A stretch of DNA of 63,936 nt, counting the filler, from Globobulimina sp. (Eukaryota), in assembly GCA_003354225.1 (NCBI GenBank). It is 54 parts of 54 records of this genome, joined end to end, with 100 filler letters (N's around TTAATTAATTAA, not from the genome) between each part and the next. Parts side by side here need not be neighbours in the genome. Positions count along the whole stretch, not along the records: positions 23,730 to 24,815 come from PIVH01023914.1; positions 24,916 to 26,001 come from PIVH01023915.1; positions 26,102 to 27,187 come from PIVH01023916.1; positions 27,288 to 28,373 come from PIVH01023917.1; positions 28,474 to 29,559 come from PIVH01023918.1; positions 29,660 to 30,745 come from PIVH01023919.1; positions 30,846 to 31,931 come from PIVH01023920.1; positions 32,032 to 33,117 come from PIVH01023921.1; 46 more parts are not named here. One strand, written 5' to 3'. The translations under genes and the position numbers were made by a program. Under the pieces are notes generated by a model that worked only from the letters and a program-made list of their open reading frames with translations, did not search any database and was not told the DNA's origin. Of this stretch, positions 23,890 through 35,589 are shown one piece after another (position 1 is the first letter of the stretch; every line of letters starts with the position of its first letter).

Positions 23890-24561
23890 AAAACAGGCAA
23901 AATATTAGGCTCATCAATAAATTTATCAAATTCGAACATTGGAATTGGAACTATTGGTTTAGCATTTGGTTTGGTGCAAAGTGGGTGGTTATTAGGTGTT
24001 GTATTATTCATATTTTGCCATTTTTTAAACCATATAACAATGTATATGATGATGGAAGGTATTAATATTGAATTGTATATTTGTATATATTTTTCGTTAA
24101 CAATTAAGTAACACAATTCCATATATTGTATATGCAGTTGCAGCAACAATGGAAATATCAACATATGCTATTGTATGTAATGCATGTAAAGTTCCAGCAT
24201 TGCAAGTTATTTCTGATTATTCCATGGTAATAAATAAATTATTATCAGTCACATCATATTTAATACTAATTGGTGATTATATGAGTGCTGTAATGCCACA
24301 CGTAACAGGTCATTATTATGATAATAACCATATTTTATATCATCGGCGCATATGGATTATTATCTGGTTGCTATTATTTATTATTCCATGTAATATCATC
24401 CGAAGACTTGATCCATTAAAATATGTTTCTTTTTTCGCTTTGATATGCTTTATGTATTTGTTTGTCATTGCTCTTTATTATGCTACATTTGTCAAACCAG
24501 AAGGCGACGACCTCAATGTTTCAGCATGGCCACAACCGGACTCTCCATTTGCTTTTTTCAG
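23890..24561 (+). CDS. AAAP/SLC38-family amino-acid transporter fragment; intron 24059-24137
   Basis: GSSINLSNSNIGIGTIGLAFGLVQSGWLLG, spliced MMME|VAATME, SYLILIGDYM, IIPCNIIRRLDPLKYVSFFAL. Confidence 0.85.
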
Positions 24562-24979
24562 GTAACACGTTTGCTCAATTTATATTTCATGCAATTTGTA
24601 ACATGGAATCTGAAAGCTTCGTCAACATAAATATTAATTTAGTACATTAATATGAAAAAAGTTAAACACAGTGACAATTAATTTCAGCGACAACACTTTT
24701 GTGACATATTTTGTTTACAAAATGAAAATCAGTTAAAATTAATTGTAGCTGTTGTAACTTTTTTTTATATATTTTAATTTCAATGAGCAAACGTGTTGCT
24801 TGTTTTTAATGTTTTNNNNNNNNNNNNNNNNNNNNNNNNNNNNNNNNNNNNNNNNNNNNTTAATTAATTAANNNNNNNNNNNNNNNNNNNNNNNNNNNNN
24901 NNNNNNNNNNNNNNNTTCCGGCGCCAGAATCCCCGCGCTGCCATCGAGTTAGTAATTGGTTTAATTTATTGCTACTTTA

Positions 24980-25840
24980 ATGGACGAAGCCTCTCCTCTT
25001 AAAACAATGAGAGCAATATGTCCCTTTCAATTTGATTTATGCATAGCTTCAGGCGAACCCGTTCAATTTGATAATGATATCGATGATGACGACGACGATG
25101 ACGATGATGATGAAAAATGTGAAAATAAGTTTATTGATACGGTAGGTGACATTGAGCAAAAATTGAAAAAAAATAAATTGAGATATAAATCTGAGGTAAC
25201 TACGCCTGGAAAGATCGAACAGCAGCGTGTATTTATAAAATTATTCAATGAAATGGAGGTTAAATCGAATGCATCGGATAGTATTCATAGTAAAAACGAG
25301 GATAAGTTTTATCATTTACATAAAAAACGTTTGATTGCTTTGGTTGACCGAAGAAAAGCTGCTGTAAATAATGGTGATCCGATTTATTTATATCGACCAC
25401 CAGCAAATTGTGCGCGACTTGAAAATGATGCGGTGACTGCGTCCTATATTTCATTGTCGAGAACGTGTTTATTACCAAATTTAGAATACGGAGATGGTGC
25501 TGAAGCATTGTTAGAAGCAGAGGTAGTTTGTAATGATACATATAACAAAAATAAAAACACAAATATTAGTGCTAGTTTTCATTGTGGTGGATGTTTATTG
25601 ACATTCTCATTTCATGTGAAGAAGGAGGATGAAATTAAATTGTATTTGTATTGGAATGGACAGGTTATCAGATTTATGCCACAAGACATTAAAACTGTAT
25701 TGCCATTGTTATTTAATATGGAGATTCCAGAAAATCGGGAATTTATTGAGGGAAAAAGGGAAATGAATGAGAGAATAAATGAAATGAATCGAACACTCAA
25801 AGATATTGATTTTGAAGCATTTCAGCGAACTTGTATTTAA
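24980..25840 (+). CDS. Hypothetical protein with poly-Asp tract
   Basis: 286-aa ORF, no family recognised. Confidence 0.55.
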   Translation: MDEASPLKTMRAICPFQFDLCIASGEPVQFDNDIDDDDDDDDDDEKCENKFIDTVGDIEQKLKKNKLRYKSEVTTPGKIEQQRVFIKLFNEMEVKSNASDSIHSKNEDKFYHLHKKRLIALVDRRKAAVNNGDPIYLYRPPANCARLENDAVTASYISLSRTCLLPNLEYGDGAEALLEAEVVCNDTYNKNKNTNISASFHCGGCLLTFSFHVKKEDEIKLYLYWNGQVIRFMPQDIKTVLPLLFNMEIPENREFIEGKREMNERINEMNRTLKDIDFEAFQRTCI

Positions 25841-26299
25841 TTTGAAATGCATTCGTTTTTGATTTGATTGTACAAAAATATAAATTAACTAATATCATGC
25901 AATGGCAGTGGTTGCTGAAGAAATGGGCAACGTCCAAAAACACAATACACCGATCAAAACAAGGAAATATAAATAGAAAAAAAGAGAATTTGTGGTGATC
26001 CNNNNNNNNNNNNNNNNNNNNNNNNNNNNNNNNNNNNNNNNNNNNTTAATTAATTAANNNNNNNNNNNNNNNNNNNNNNNNNNNNNNNNNNNNNNNNNNN
26101 NTCGCCCCCGAAGCAAAAGGAATATCATCAATGATATATTCATTTTCAGGAAATATAGATGGTGCAATGATTTTTCTTTCATTTTGGGTTTTGCAATTCT
26201 TGATTGGTGCATACGATGCGCACATGACGTAGGGTCGAATTAAATTTCACAGTTTTAAATTCTGTTCATGCCAAAACTTCACTCTCGTTTAGAAATCAT

Positions 26300-26963
26300 A
26301 TGTCATCTGATCAGCCAGCCGTTGCTGTTCGAGGCATTGATGGATCAGTAATTTGGTTCCAACCAAGCCATGTACGAGGTAGAGGTTCTGGTGGAACTGT
26401 AATCTGGGACGGAAAAATAACTCGGCCAGCGTCAATGCAGAATGTTCGATGTGTTTTAAAAGAAGTGAAAGATGATAAAGAGATTGGAAGCAATGAGATA
26501 AATATTTATAACAAATACTTGAAGAAATGTCGTGTGGTTACAAAATGTCATGGCACGCACATTTTAGATAAAAATGATCAATTTAAATGTTGGATGTTAC
26601 TCGAAGATGGTGGAGACAATTTAAGGCATTTGAGAGATGAATTTAATGGCAATTTAACAGAAATACAAATCAGATGTATTATAAAAAACATATTAAATGC
26701 ATTATCGGAATTATCAAAAACCGGAGTGTTACATTTGGACATACGACCGGAGAATATATTAATTTGCAAAGCTGAGAAGAAAAATGACAATATAAATGAT
26801 GAAAAAAATGCTGATGTTGATGAGAAGAATATTTATAATGAATGGAATATCAAAATATGTGATTTTGGAATGGCAATGCCTTCGAGTGCCGTACAAAATG
26901 CATCCACAAAAAGGATACGTGAAAAATTAGCAGCTCGCCCAAAAAGAAATAAACATAAACAAA
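26300..26963 (+). CDS. Ser/Thr protein kinase, N-terminal exon
   Basis: GRGSGGTV, VLKE, HLDIRPENILI, KICDFGMA. Confidence 0.88.
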
Positions 26964-27793
26964 GTATGTATATATGCCCAATCACTGTGTTGTTTATGCA
27001 AATATTTTATGCATCATATTTGTACATATAATATCACAAACAAATATTTCCGGTCTCATTTGTAACGGAATTAAACACCGCCGAAAGTATAAATATTTTA
27101 TTATTCTCTGTCCATAAGATTTCCTGTATTGTCACACATATTAATATCACAATGGTCGCAATCAAAGTGTTTCCACGAAACTGCTGCNNNNNNNNNNNNN
27201 NNNNNNNNNNNNNNNNNNNNNNNNNNNNNNNTTAATTAATTAANNNNNNNNNNNNNNNNNNNNNNNNNNNNNNNNNNNNNNNNNNNNATACAAATTTACG
27301 ATTTGGCCCATCGTAAATCTGTTTTCTTTATATCTTATGCTTGAAACTTGATTTAAAAGAAGATTTTATGTGTGAAATTAACAAATAAAAAATAAAACAC
27401 ATTTTGATATATCATATGCACAAACTCTACAAACACACATAAAATAAATACAAAATAACAAAAACCGTTGATAAAAACACAAATCTACAAAATGAAAATG
27501 CAAACTGAATCAATCAAAAATACGGTGATTCGCAACATAAAAACAATATATAAATATAACGCAATGCTCGTGGGAAGTCCCAATGTGTGATTGGGTGTGG
27601 CATGCGACTAATCTTTGAGATATTCGTAGGGCGAGACATTGTCGACGTAGCTGTGGCAGGTAACTGCAACAGGTGGGTAATTCTGATGTGAATCCCATAT
27701 GGCAGCTAACGTTAACACAGCGCTAAAGTTTTAAATAAATATCTACCAATCAGAGATAATTAATACTTAAACAAATATATAATAAATACATAC

Positions 27794-28373
27794 ATGTATA
27801 GCATGGCGAGAGGTAAGAAAAGAACCACTCGCAATACCTTACGGCGCGTAAATGAAAGAAATAACGATGATGACTTTGATATTGTCATCGATAACGAACA
27901 TAATCATAATCATAGCAATGATGCCGGAGCCAGTGCATATACACAATTATTATACCAATTGCAGAAAATTAATAACTTTACCCGTCCATTCATAGCACGA
28001 ACGGGGTTAGATACATTACGTTGGATACTTGATGTGAATGATTATATTAATATTAATAGTGATGCTCCAGAGAGCTTAGTCTTTGATAAAATAATGAATT
28101 CCATTCCGCAGCACATACAACGTTATTATCGTAATTATATAATTGAGCAGAATCGTCAGTTGGTGGCAAATCAGAATCAAAAGAATCAAGATGATGATGA
28201 TATTGATTTGTTACATCACATTAAAGCAATGGGCGAAATATCAGTATCCACCGACTCCGAATGTTGTTTCCTTGATAAATAAATTAAATCAGATCCAATT
28301 CCGGTACAAAGAAAATCCATTGACTGTTTTTGATCGGTTCCAAATACTATGTGGTAATATAGAATTATGTACA
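27794..28373 (+). mobile_element. Possible retrotransposon gag-like ORF with a frame change near 28200-28230
   Basis: Basic N-terminus, helical core, second frame LKQWAKYQYPP..LINKLNQIQFRYKENPLTVFDRF resembles Gag capsid C-terminal pattern. Confidence 0.35.
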
Positions 28374-28474
28374 NNNNNNNNNNNNNNNNNNNNNNNNNNN
28401 NNNNNNNNNNNNNNNNNTTAATTAATTAANNNNNNNNNNNNNNNNNNNNNNNNNNNNNNNNNNNNNNNNNNNNG

Positions 28475-28696
28475 TTTTTTTCTAGCATTCCAATTTTTCT
28501 ATTTTGCGCATTTACTGCTGTTTACCTTTTTAATCTAGATATTGTAAGTAAACCCATTCTTAATTTTATTATCGTTTCAGTTATTTGGTTTGCATCATCA
28601 GTATTTTTTTCTTATCAGTGGATGAAACTCACAAAGAATTTGGTTAAAACATTTAAAGCCAAAATGTTCAAAGCTCCTGTAATAATAGGCACATAA
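28475..28696 (+). CDS. Integron cassette ORF (membrane protein), 3' fragment
   Basis: Own translation FFSSIPIFLFCAF..KAPVIIGT*; stop TAA lies inside the attC R'' box ACATAAC. Confidence 0.75.
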   Translation, partial: FFSSIPIFLFCAFTAVYLFNLDIVSKPILNFIIVSVIWFASSVFFSYQWMKLTKNLVKTFKAKMFKAPVIIGT

Positions 28697-28820
28697 CAAG
28701 CCAATTAACGCTGACCGCAAAACATCGGCGGTATAGTCAAATTAAATGGTACGCATAAATTAATCAGTAAATTCAGCTTTAATCGTCCGCATTATGCGGC
28801 AGGTTATCGCGACGTTATGC
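28691..28820 (+). mobile_element. Integron attC site 1 (130 bp)
   Basis: R'' ACATAAC ... R' GTTATGC; inner arms TAACGCTGACCGC / GCGGCAGGTTA pair with two extrahelical bases. Confidence 0.88.
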
Positions 28821-28847
28821 TAAAAAAGAATTGAACGTCAATACCAA

Positions 28848-29378
28848 ATGAAATCGAAATACGTTTGCAAAGATTGCTGGCAGGAAATGTCACAGATCGA
28901 ATATGACAAATTAAGTGAACTGTTTTGTCCTGAATGTGGTGGGCATATTGAAAAGACCATAAAGTACTCTGTAGCTACAGATGACTTAAATTTTAAAGCT
29001 AAAACGAAAAACAACCACAATGGGCAAACAAAGCATAAGGCAAATTATACTTCGAACTCCAATATAAAAAATAAAAATTGTGACATATCACTGACTAAAT
29101 TTGACAAATCGGCCACGGACAAAGATGATAAGTTGGACATGTTATCGAATAAAATTGATAAAGCAGGTTTATTTTCAATGTGGATGTTCTTGCATGGATT
29201 GTTGGGTTTTATTCTTGGTATATTAACCGGATTCTTCCTTTCTCTTTTTTCTGGTAAATTATATATAGTAATATTTTTTGGTCCACTTTTAGGCGCAATT
29301 GCTGGTTGCATAATAGGATCTTGGATTGGTTTTGTTCGTCGTGAGACCCTGTGGGCAAAAAATAATCTGCAAAATTGA
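28848..29378 (+). CDS. Integron cassette protein: N-terminal zinc ribbon plus two C-terminal TM helices
   Basis: CKDC..CPECGG then Gly-rich TMs; single ORF filling the space between two attC sites. Confidence 0.8.
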   Translation: MKSKYVCKDCWQEMSQIEYDKLSELFCPECGGHIEKTIKYSVATDDLNFKAKTKNNHNGQTKHKANYTSNSNIKNKNCDISLTKFDKSATDKDDKLDMLSNKIDKAGLFSMWMFLHGLLGFILGILTGFFLSLFSGKLYIVIFFGPLLGAIAGCIIGSWIGFVRRETLWAKNNLQN

Positions 29379-29433
29379 AATATATCAATGATCTGCAGAA
29401 TGTTAAATTTTAAAATAGCAAAGAAAACCTAGG

Positions 29434-29559
29434 GCATAACAAGCCAATAAACGCTGACCACCTAACATTGGCGGTATGGCAAGTTGGTTGCTCTTAATAA
29501 ATTAATTCGGTTATCTGTCTTCTCAGCACAAATCCGGTGGCAGGTTATCGCGACGTTAT
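29434..29559 (+). mobile_element. Integron attC site 2 (truncated at contig end)
   Basis: R'' GCATAAC (exact complement of upstream R' GTTATGC) ... GGCAGGTTATCGCGACGTTAT; ends nearly identical to attC1. Confidence 0.88.
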
Positions 29560-29710
29560 NNNNNNNNNNNNNNNNNNNNNNNNNNNNNNNNNNNNNNNNN
29601 NNNTTAATTAATTAANNNNNNNNNNNNNNNNNNNNNNNNNNNNNNNNNNNNNNNNNNNNTTTTAGGATAGGCACAAACTATACAAACCAACGCAATTATT
29701 ATTTGGTCCA

Positions 29711-30571
29711 ATGGCCGCTGATAATGAGAAAATATCAAAAATTACGATATATTTATTACGCACAGCTACCAACAAAACAGTGTACTGTCCACTGGTAACA
29801 CAAAAAGTAATTGCTTTTGTAACCAGATACAAAGTATTCGCCAAAGCACCGTCAGAAAATGTAGCGCAAATTCAAGAGAACGGACTGAAATGCATACAAA
29901 TTGCACGTTCATTTACAACACCATTTGGTGAAGCTTTTGATGGATGGGGAAAAGATAAAAATTTAATATATGCATACAAATTAAACATAGAAAATGGCAC
30001 TGCTGGCTTTGGTTTGTGTGGTCCACATTGGGATGGATGGAATCGAGGCATTAATATGTCGAGCATACGTAGGAAATTTAAACAATATCAACATTGTGAG
30101 ACTCGAATTGGTGATGATCCAATGTCGACGTTTCCGGTTGGAATGAAGGATAATGTTCGAACACAAAATGAATTTGAAACATTAGAATTGGGACATTTAA
30201 CCACATTTAAATTGTGGCAAAATAAGAGGATAAAAAATAGAAAAGATTTGGCATCGTACAGCTGCAGTATTGAAAATAGTAATATTGGAGATGGGATTGT
30301 ATGTTATTGGAGAAATGGATGGTACATTAACTCGTTTATGAATGAAAGATATCATACCGGTTCATTTTATTCTATATATAGAAAAACAGAGATTACGATT
30401 ATTATGGATTTCAAGGCATATTTATGTAGAATTATTTCGGCAAACAATGATAAGCAAATTTTATTTGACTTGAGCTGTTTTTGTGATACCGTTCAAATGG
30501 TGTTTTCGTTTGATAAAGGTAGATATGGCAATGTTCATGTTTCGCTTCTTCAACAATTTGTACAAGAATAA
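29711..30571 (+). CDS. Hypothetical protein, possibly SPRY/B30.2-like beta-sandwich
   Basis: Long ORF; YKLNIENGTAGFGLC and EITIIMDF segments weakly SPRY-like. Confidence 0.4.
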   Translation: MAADNEKISKITIYLLRTATNKTVYCPLVTQKVIAFVTRYKVFAKAPSENVAQIQENGLKCIQIARSFTTPFGEAFDGWGKDKNLIYAYKLNIENGTAGFGLCGPHWDGWNRGINMSSIRRKFKQYQHCETRIGDDPMSTFPVGMKDNVRTQNEFETLELGHLTTFKLWQNKRIKNRKDLASYSCSIENSNIGDGIVCYWRNGWYINSFMNERYHTGSFYSIYRKTEITIIMDFKAYLCRIISANNDKQILFDLSCFCDTVQMVFSFDKGRYGNVHVSLLQQFVQE

Positions 30572-31343
30572 TTATACTACTTATCTTGGATTGAGTGCGA
30601 GGATAGAAAAAGTGGTTGCTGTCAACATGTTGAATGGAATAATGCAGACACTTTTTGTCCATTGTCAACCATATTTGTATATTGAGTGGCAGCTTTATGT
30701 GATTGCAATATGAAATAATCCTTAATTTCACCATTTTTTTTAGCCNNNNNNNNNNNNNNNNNNNNNNNNNNNNNNNNNNNNNNNNNNNNTTAATTAATTA
30801 ANNNNNNNNNNNNNNNNNNNNNNNNNNNNNNNNNNNNNNNNNNNNGCCACTTTAAGGTCGTTATATTTTAATTTTGATTATATTAAAAGGAAGAAATCAA
30901 AATATAAATTTACGCATTTTAATGTATTATTGGTCGGTGATGGTTGGTTTAAAGCTGATATTTCGACAAAAAGGTATTTAGCGAAATTGTATAATTGCTG
31001 TACGAATGATTTGGAGCAACAAAGGGGTCAAAGTAAACATAATACTGTCATATTGCAGACGAAATTCAATCGGAAATTATGTATAAATCCATTTAAAAAT
31101 GAGGAGAAAAAATTATTTTTGAAAGTGACCGCCATCATTAAAATCGATAACAGAAAAAAAGCAAATTCACATGAATGGTTTTTAGGTAGATATGGATTTG
31201 CTGAATGGTGTAAATGCGATTATATGTTTTTTACAGGTTTGAATCTGTGTAATCACAACACTTAAAGTAAATCTTTCCACCGTTTCTGTGCAAAAACACT
31301 TATTTTAAATAATAAATACTTACATTAAGATGCATATTCCACT

Positions 31344-31931
31344 ATGAATCGTGAAGGTTTGTACCGGATGTTGGTACATATGAAAAAACCGAAGAATGCA
31401 GACGTTGTATGTTGTACTGGCCGAGCGAGGGTATATTCGATTGAGCAAGAATTAGATTTGCAAAATTTATTACGCGAAAAAAATGTGGAAAAAGCACAGT
31501 TAGATGAAGACGATAACAAATATCAATCTGTGGCTTGGTGGAAAAATGATATATTTAAAGATGAAAAGAACACCGATATATTCAAAGATGACTCGGGTAA
31601 AACGGATGAGGTATTTTATAAAATTCAAGACAGTGAATTTGACCATCGGTTAACGACCAATTCACATTTACGTTCCTGTCAAATGTTTGAATTTGAAGCG
31701 TTATACGGCACCATTGGCTGTTATTTATTGGGTGGTTTTTTACCAGTCATTCCAGGTTTGTTTTTACTTTTTTTTCATACACCCAACAAATATTTATTTA
31801 CTGTATTAGGTCCATGTGGCTTTTATAGGTCCTCTGTTTTGTTAATGGATGAAGTGCGTGGCTGGTATTTTGAGAAAATAAATCAAAAAAATGATCCAGA
31901 AAACATGGACTTGGTTTTGGGTAATATGAAA
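31344..31931 (+). CDS. Hypothetical protein fragment (upstream exon ~30846-31220)
   Basis: Open frame to contig end with one hydrophobic stretch. Confidence 0.4.
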
Positions 31932-32031
31932 NNNNNNNNNNNNNNNNNNNNNNNNNNNNNNNNNNNNNNNNNNNNTTAATTAATTAANNNNNNNNNNNNN
32001 NNNNNNNNNNNNNNNNNNNNNNNNNNNNNNN

Positions 32032-33117
32032 TCGAATCAATTTTGTAAAACACCGCGCCCAAAATATCTGGTATACGAAGGCCAATGCGGCTTATTGAAA
32101 AACCCCTGCCTTCATCCCCGAGGTTATAAGTTATTTACCGGAGTCAATAGCAAGTTATTAAATAATTTATGTGACGGTGAATGTTTACTATTTTCAACGC
32201 AAACCAGCTGTAAAACCTCACCGGTCTTTGCAATGAGTGGCGCTGATTTGGATGGTGATCATTTTCTGGTGGTGACCCAAAAGGATTTATTACCAAACAA
32301 CGATTATGATATGGAATATAAATATCATATTAAAGTGCAGAAATTTGATGAACAGGGTCAGTTATCGTTGCCTGAATACATCGATGATTATACGATTGTG
32401 GATTATTTTTTAGAATATGCGTTGCATGAAAATACTGCAGAATTATCACAGTTGCATGAGGCGTACAGTGAACATAACGTAGAAGGTATTGGACATAGGG
32501 ATTGTTTGGAAATTGCCAAATATCATTCATTTTCATTGGATTTCCCCAAAACAGGAAAAGCAGCAATATTTCCGAAAGATAATGGCATTCCAATGAATAA
32601 TGAAATCCGTGAATGTGGACATCGCGTATATCCACATTATATGAAGAAGCACGAAAAAATGAAGTTTCATTCGTCTATGATCAAAGGAAGAATGTATGAT
32701 TTTGTATTGGATAATTTACCGAGTGATCTGACCTCGGATTGGAGATTTAGAAAAGATGCAGGTTTACGAGAGTACGAAAGGCCGCTTCCACATGAGCCAG
32801 TTTTAAGGAATGCTGACAATAATTATCAGAATCAGAATGATCAAGCATATCGTAATCAGAATAATCAGAATCAACATGTACAACAACAAGAAAATGATAT
32901 AGCGGTAAATCATGGAAATAAAGCACGCGAAGAATATGAGCATGGAAATAATATAGCGGAAAATCAGGTAAATGGCGGTCGCGGTATAAATGGGAATGCG
33001 AATCAAAATGAAAGTGAAAGGGTAAGGCATGAGAATATTGACAATGATGATTATTATTGGCAGGATGGTGCGAATGCGATGCATACTGTTGATGTGAATG
33101 ATGGTGAGGTGATAGAG
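32032..33117 (+). CDS. Eukaryotic (RNAi-type) RNA-dependent RNA polymerase, catalytic region
   Basis: KNPCLHP, LLFS, MSGADLDGDHFLV (DxDGD), HSFSLDFPKTG, YPHYMKK, SSMIKGRMYD. Confidence 0.93.
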
Positions 33118-33217
33118 NNNNNNNNNNNNNNNNNNNNNNNNNNNNNNNNNNNNNNNNNNNNTTAATTAATTAANNNNNNNNNNNNNNNNNNNNNNNNNNN
33201 NNNNNNNNNNNNNNNNN

Positions 33218-33815
33218 CATCATCATCAGAATTAGATGTTTCAGATTTTTCAAATTCATCATATCTTCGTTTTCTTGAAACTGTTTTGCTAGATGTTGTT
33301 GGAATTGGAACTAGACTTAAACTTTTCAATTTAGAATTTAATGATGAAATTGTTGTATCTCGGGAAATAACTGCACCTATTTTTTGTTTTTTTTTAGGGT
33401 TTTTTAGGTTTGATTTTTCCATTTGGTAAGCCATAAACCATGACTGGTTATATATATTATTATAAATTTGGTCCACTATGTTTTTTGATTTTAATCTAAT
33501 TTTCCAATCGTTAGCAATGGCTAAAAGTTCTGACATTGACATTGGTGTTAATGTTGGCTTGGTGTATTTTTTGTTAATACCAAATCTTCTGGCTTTTTCT
33601 TTATATTTTTCAATTGTTTTAGAACTAAATGTTTTTCTTCTTGTTGATGTGGTTTTTCTTGTTTTTGATGCTAATTTTAATGGTACTTTTGATGATGATG
33701 ATGACGATGATGACCATGATGACGATGATGATGACGATGATGATGATGATGATGATGATGATGACGATGATGATGACGATGAGGTTGTTGATGTTGATGC
33801 TGATTTTTTTTCCAT
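33218..33815 (-). CDS. Ser-rich/basic low-complexity protein, 5' fragment
   Basis: ATG-initiated ORF with poly-Ser encoded by the (GAT/GAC)n tract 33691-33782. Confidence 0.5.
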
Positions 33816-33931
33816 CTCTTTCTAATTATTTGCTGCTAACTTTTGAAATGTCTAATTTTGTTTTTATGGAGAAACAGTTAGTCAGTTAGTTAGTTAGTTA
33901 AATTGCAAACAATTATAATTGTACAAGCGTG

Positions 33932-34250
33932 TTGACGGAAACCTAAAGTGATGGTAACCCAGTTTGAACAATATTTTGCAATCTGTAATTTGACAAACAT
34001 TTGTAAATAGCAAATTATTGTTCAAACTGGTTTACCCGTCACTTTTGGTTTAGGTCCTCAGCAAAAAACATTTTGTTGAAGTAGATACGAAAACCTCTTT
34101 TGATAGTCACATTGGTAGTGCGACTATCAAAAGAGGTTTTTTTGATGAATCTCTTTTTTTCATTTTTTGATGAATGAGGGCTGGGTAAGGTTCGCACGGG
34201 ATATGACAAACTCAAAGTTGGGATATGACAATGGGATATGAGAAACTACT
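33932..34250. repeat. Cluster of two hairpins and three short direct repeats
   Basis: Imperfect ~45-bp-arm IR 33932-34060; perfect 19-bp IR AAAACCTCTTTTGATAGTC 34090-34108 / 34122-34140; GGGATATGA(C/G)AA x3 at ~34198-34245. Confidence 0.85.
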
Positions 34251-34403
34251 AAATTAACCGCTAATATTTAATAATTTTATGTAGAAATTTAATAAAATAA
34301 TATNNNNNNNNNNNNNNNNNNNNNNNNNNNNNNNNNNNNNNNNNNNNTTAATTAATTAANNNNNNNNNNNNNNNNNNNNNNNNNNNNNNNNNNNNNNNNN
34401 NNN

Positions 34404-35489
34404 CATGTACCGACATATTTGTGTTCTGCTGATACGAATTACGCGTATCTGCAGCCAGGATGGACAGACTTATCCAAAGGGCAAAGTGCATCCATGCAGA
34501 TGGAGTATCCCAATACAGATTTTTATACAGTAAACTGCATAGATAACAATCGGCCGCCGTCCAATCCCCCAACCTATGCCCCGACCAGCTTAGCTCCAAC
34601 AAATCATCCAAGTACATCCCCAACAAAATCCCCAAGCAATTCCCCGACTAGTTTGGCTCCAACAAACCAGCCAAGCATATCTCCAACAAAATTGCCAAGC
34701 AATGCGCCAACCACTTTAGCTCCAACGAACAATCCAAGCCTATCTCCAACATTACGTCCCACAGAAACGCCAACTGCTATTCCGTCGGAAACGGTTCTAT
34801 CTGTTTTCATTATCTCTTGTTTCATTTATGTTTAATTTAATTTTTAAACCAAGACAAATACGGATGATTATGGAGAGGGTTCGATTGGAGATCACGAGAC
34901 AACACAAATGAGCACACAAGTTGTGTTTGGAAATTCCAACAATAAAACTGATGCTTCTTCTTTTTGGACAGTTTTTATTGTGTTCTTAGTGTTGATATTT
35001 ATTTGTATTTTGAGTTTGGTGGTTTTGTTCCGGTATAAATATAAAAAGGAGAATTCGAAGGCAACCACGCATGTCAAGAATATGCAAAATGCAGTGTATA
35101 GCATCGATCCTAAAGCGGTAAATGATGTTAAATGGAGAAACAGAGTGTTTACACACAGTCAATATCTTGACAATGAGGATGAGGGAAACGGAGATATTGA
35201 AGCAGCGGTTGATGATAATCCAAAGACACCAAAAGTACCTGGGAATGGTCCAAATACTAACCATAATTCTGTCGAATTGTGCGTTGAGTTCAATGCGTTT
35301 AATGATTCCTTTGTTGATACTCCTGGGAATATATCAAATGTTGGTACTTTTGTAACTGGCGAGGATGCGTTTACTACGCCACATTTTAACACTGGTATCG
35401 TTGGGGAATGGTTTGAAGTGAAAGGAAACGAAACATTGGGTGATGAAAATGTAGATGGGGTCAAGGAATGGTTGGAGGATAAAGTTAAA
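34404..35489 (+). CDS. Type I membrane protein with P-T-x-x-P-S/T mucin-like repeats, TM and probable C-terminal SAM domain start; intron ~34794-34853
   Basis: APTSLAPTNHPSTSPTKSPS repeats, FWTVFIVFLVLIFICILSLVVLFRYKYKK TM/stop-transfer, terminal VKEWLEDKVK. Confidence 0.7.
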
Positions 35490-35589
35490 NNNNNNNNNNN
35501 NNNNNNNNNNNNNNNNNNNNNNNNNNNNNNNNNTTAATTAATTAANNNNNNNNNNNNNNNNNNNNNNNNNNNNNNNNNNNNNNNNNNNN

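Noticed and set aside
33478-33889. Plus-strand poly-Asp and poly-Met ORFs
   Set aside because: Alternative frames of a (GAT)n tract; minus-strand Ser/Lys-rich ORF is the more plausible gene
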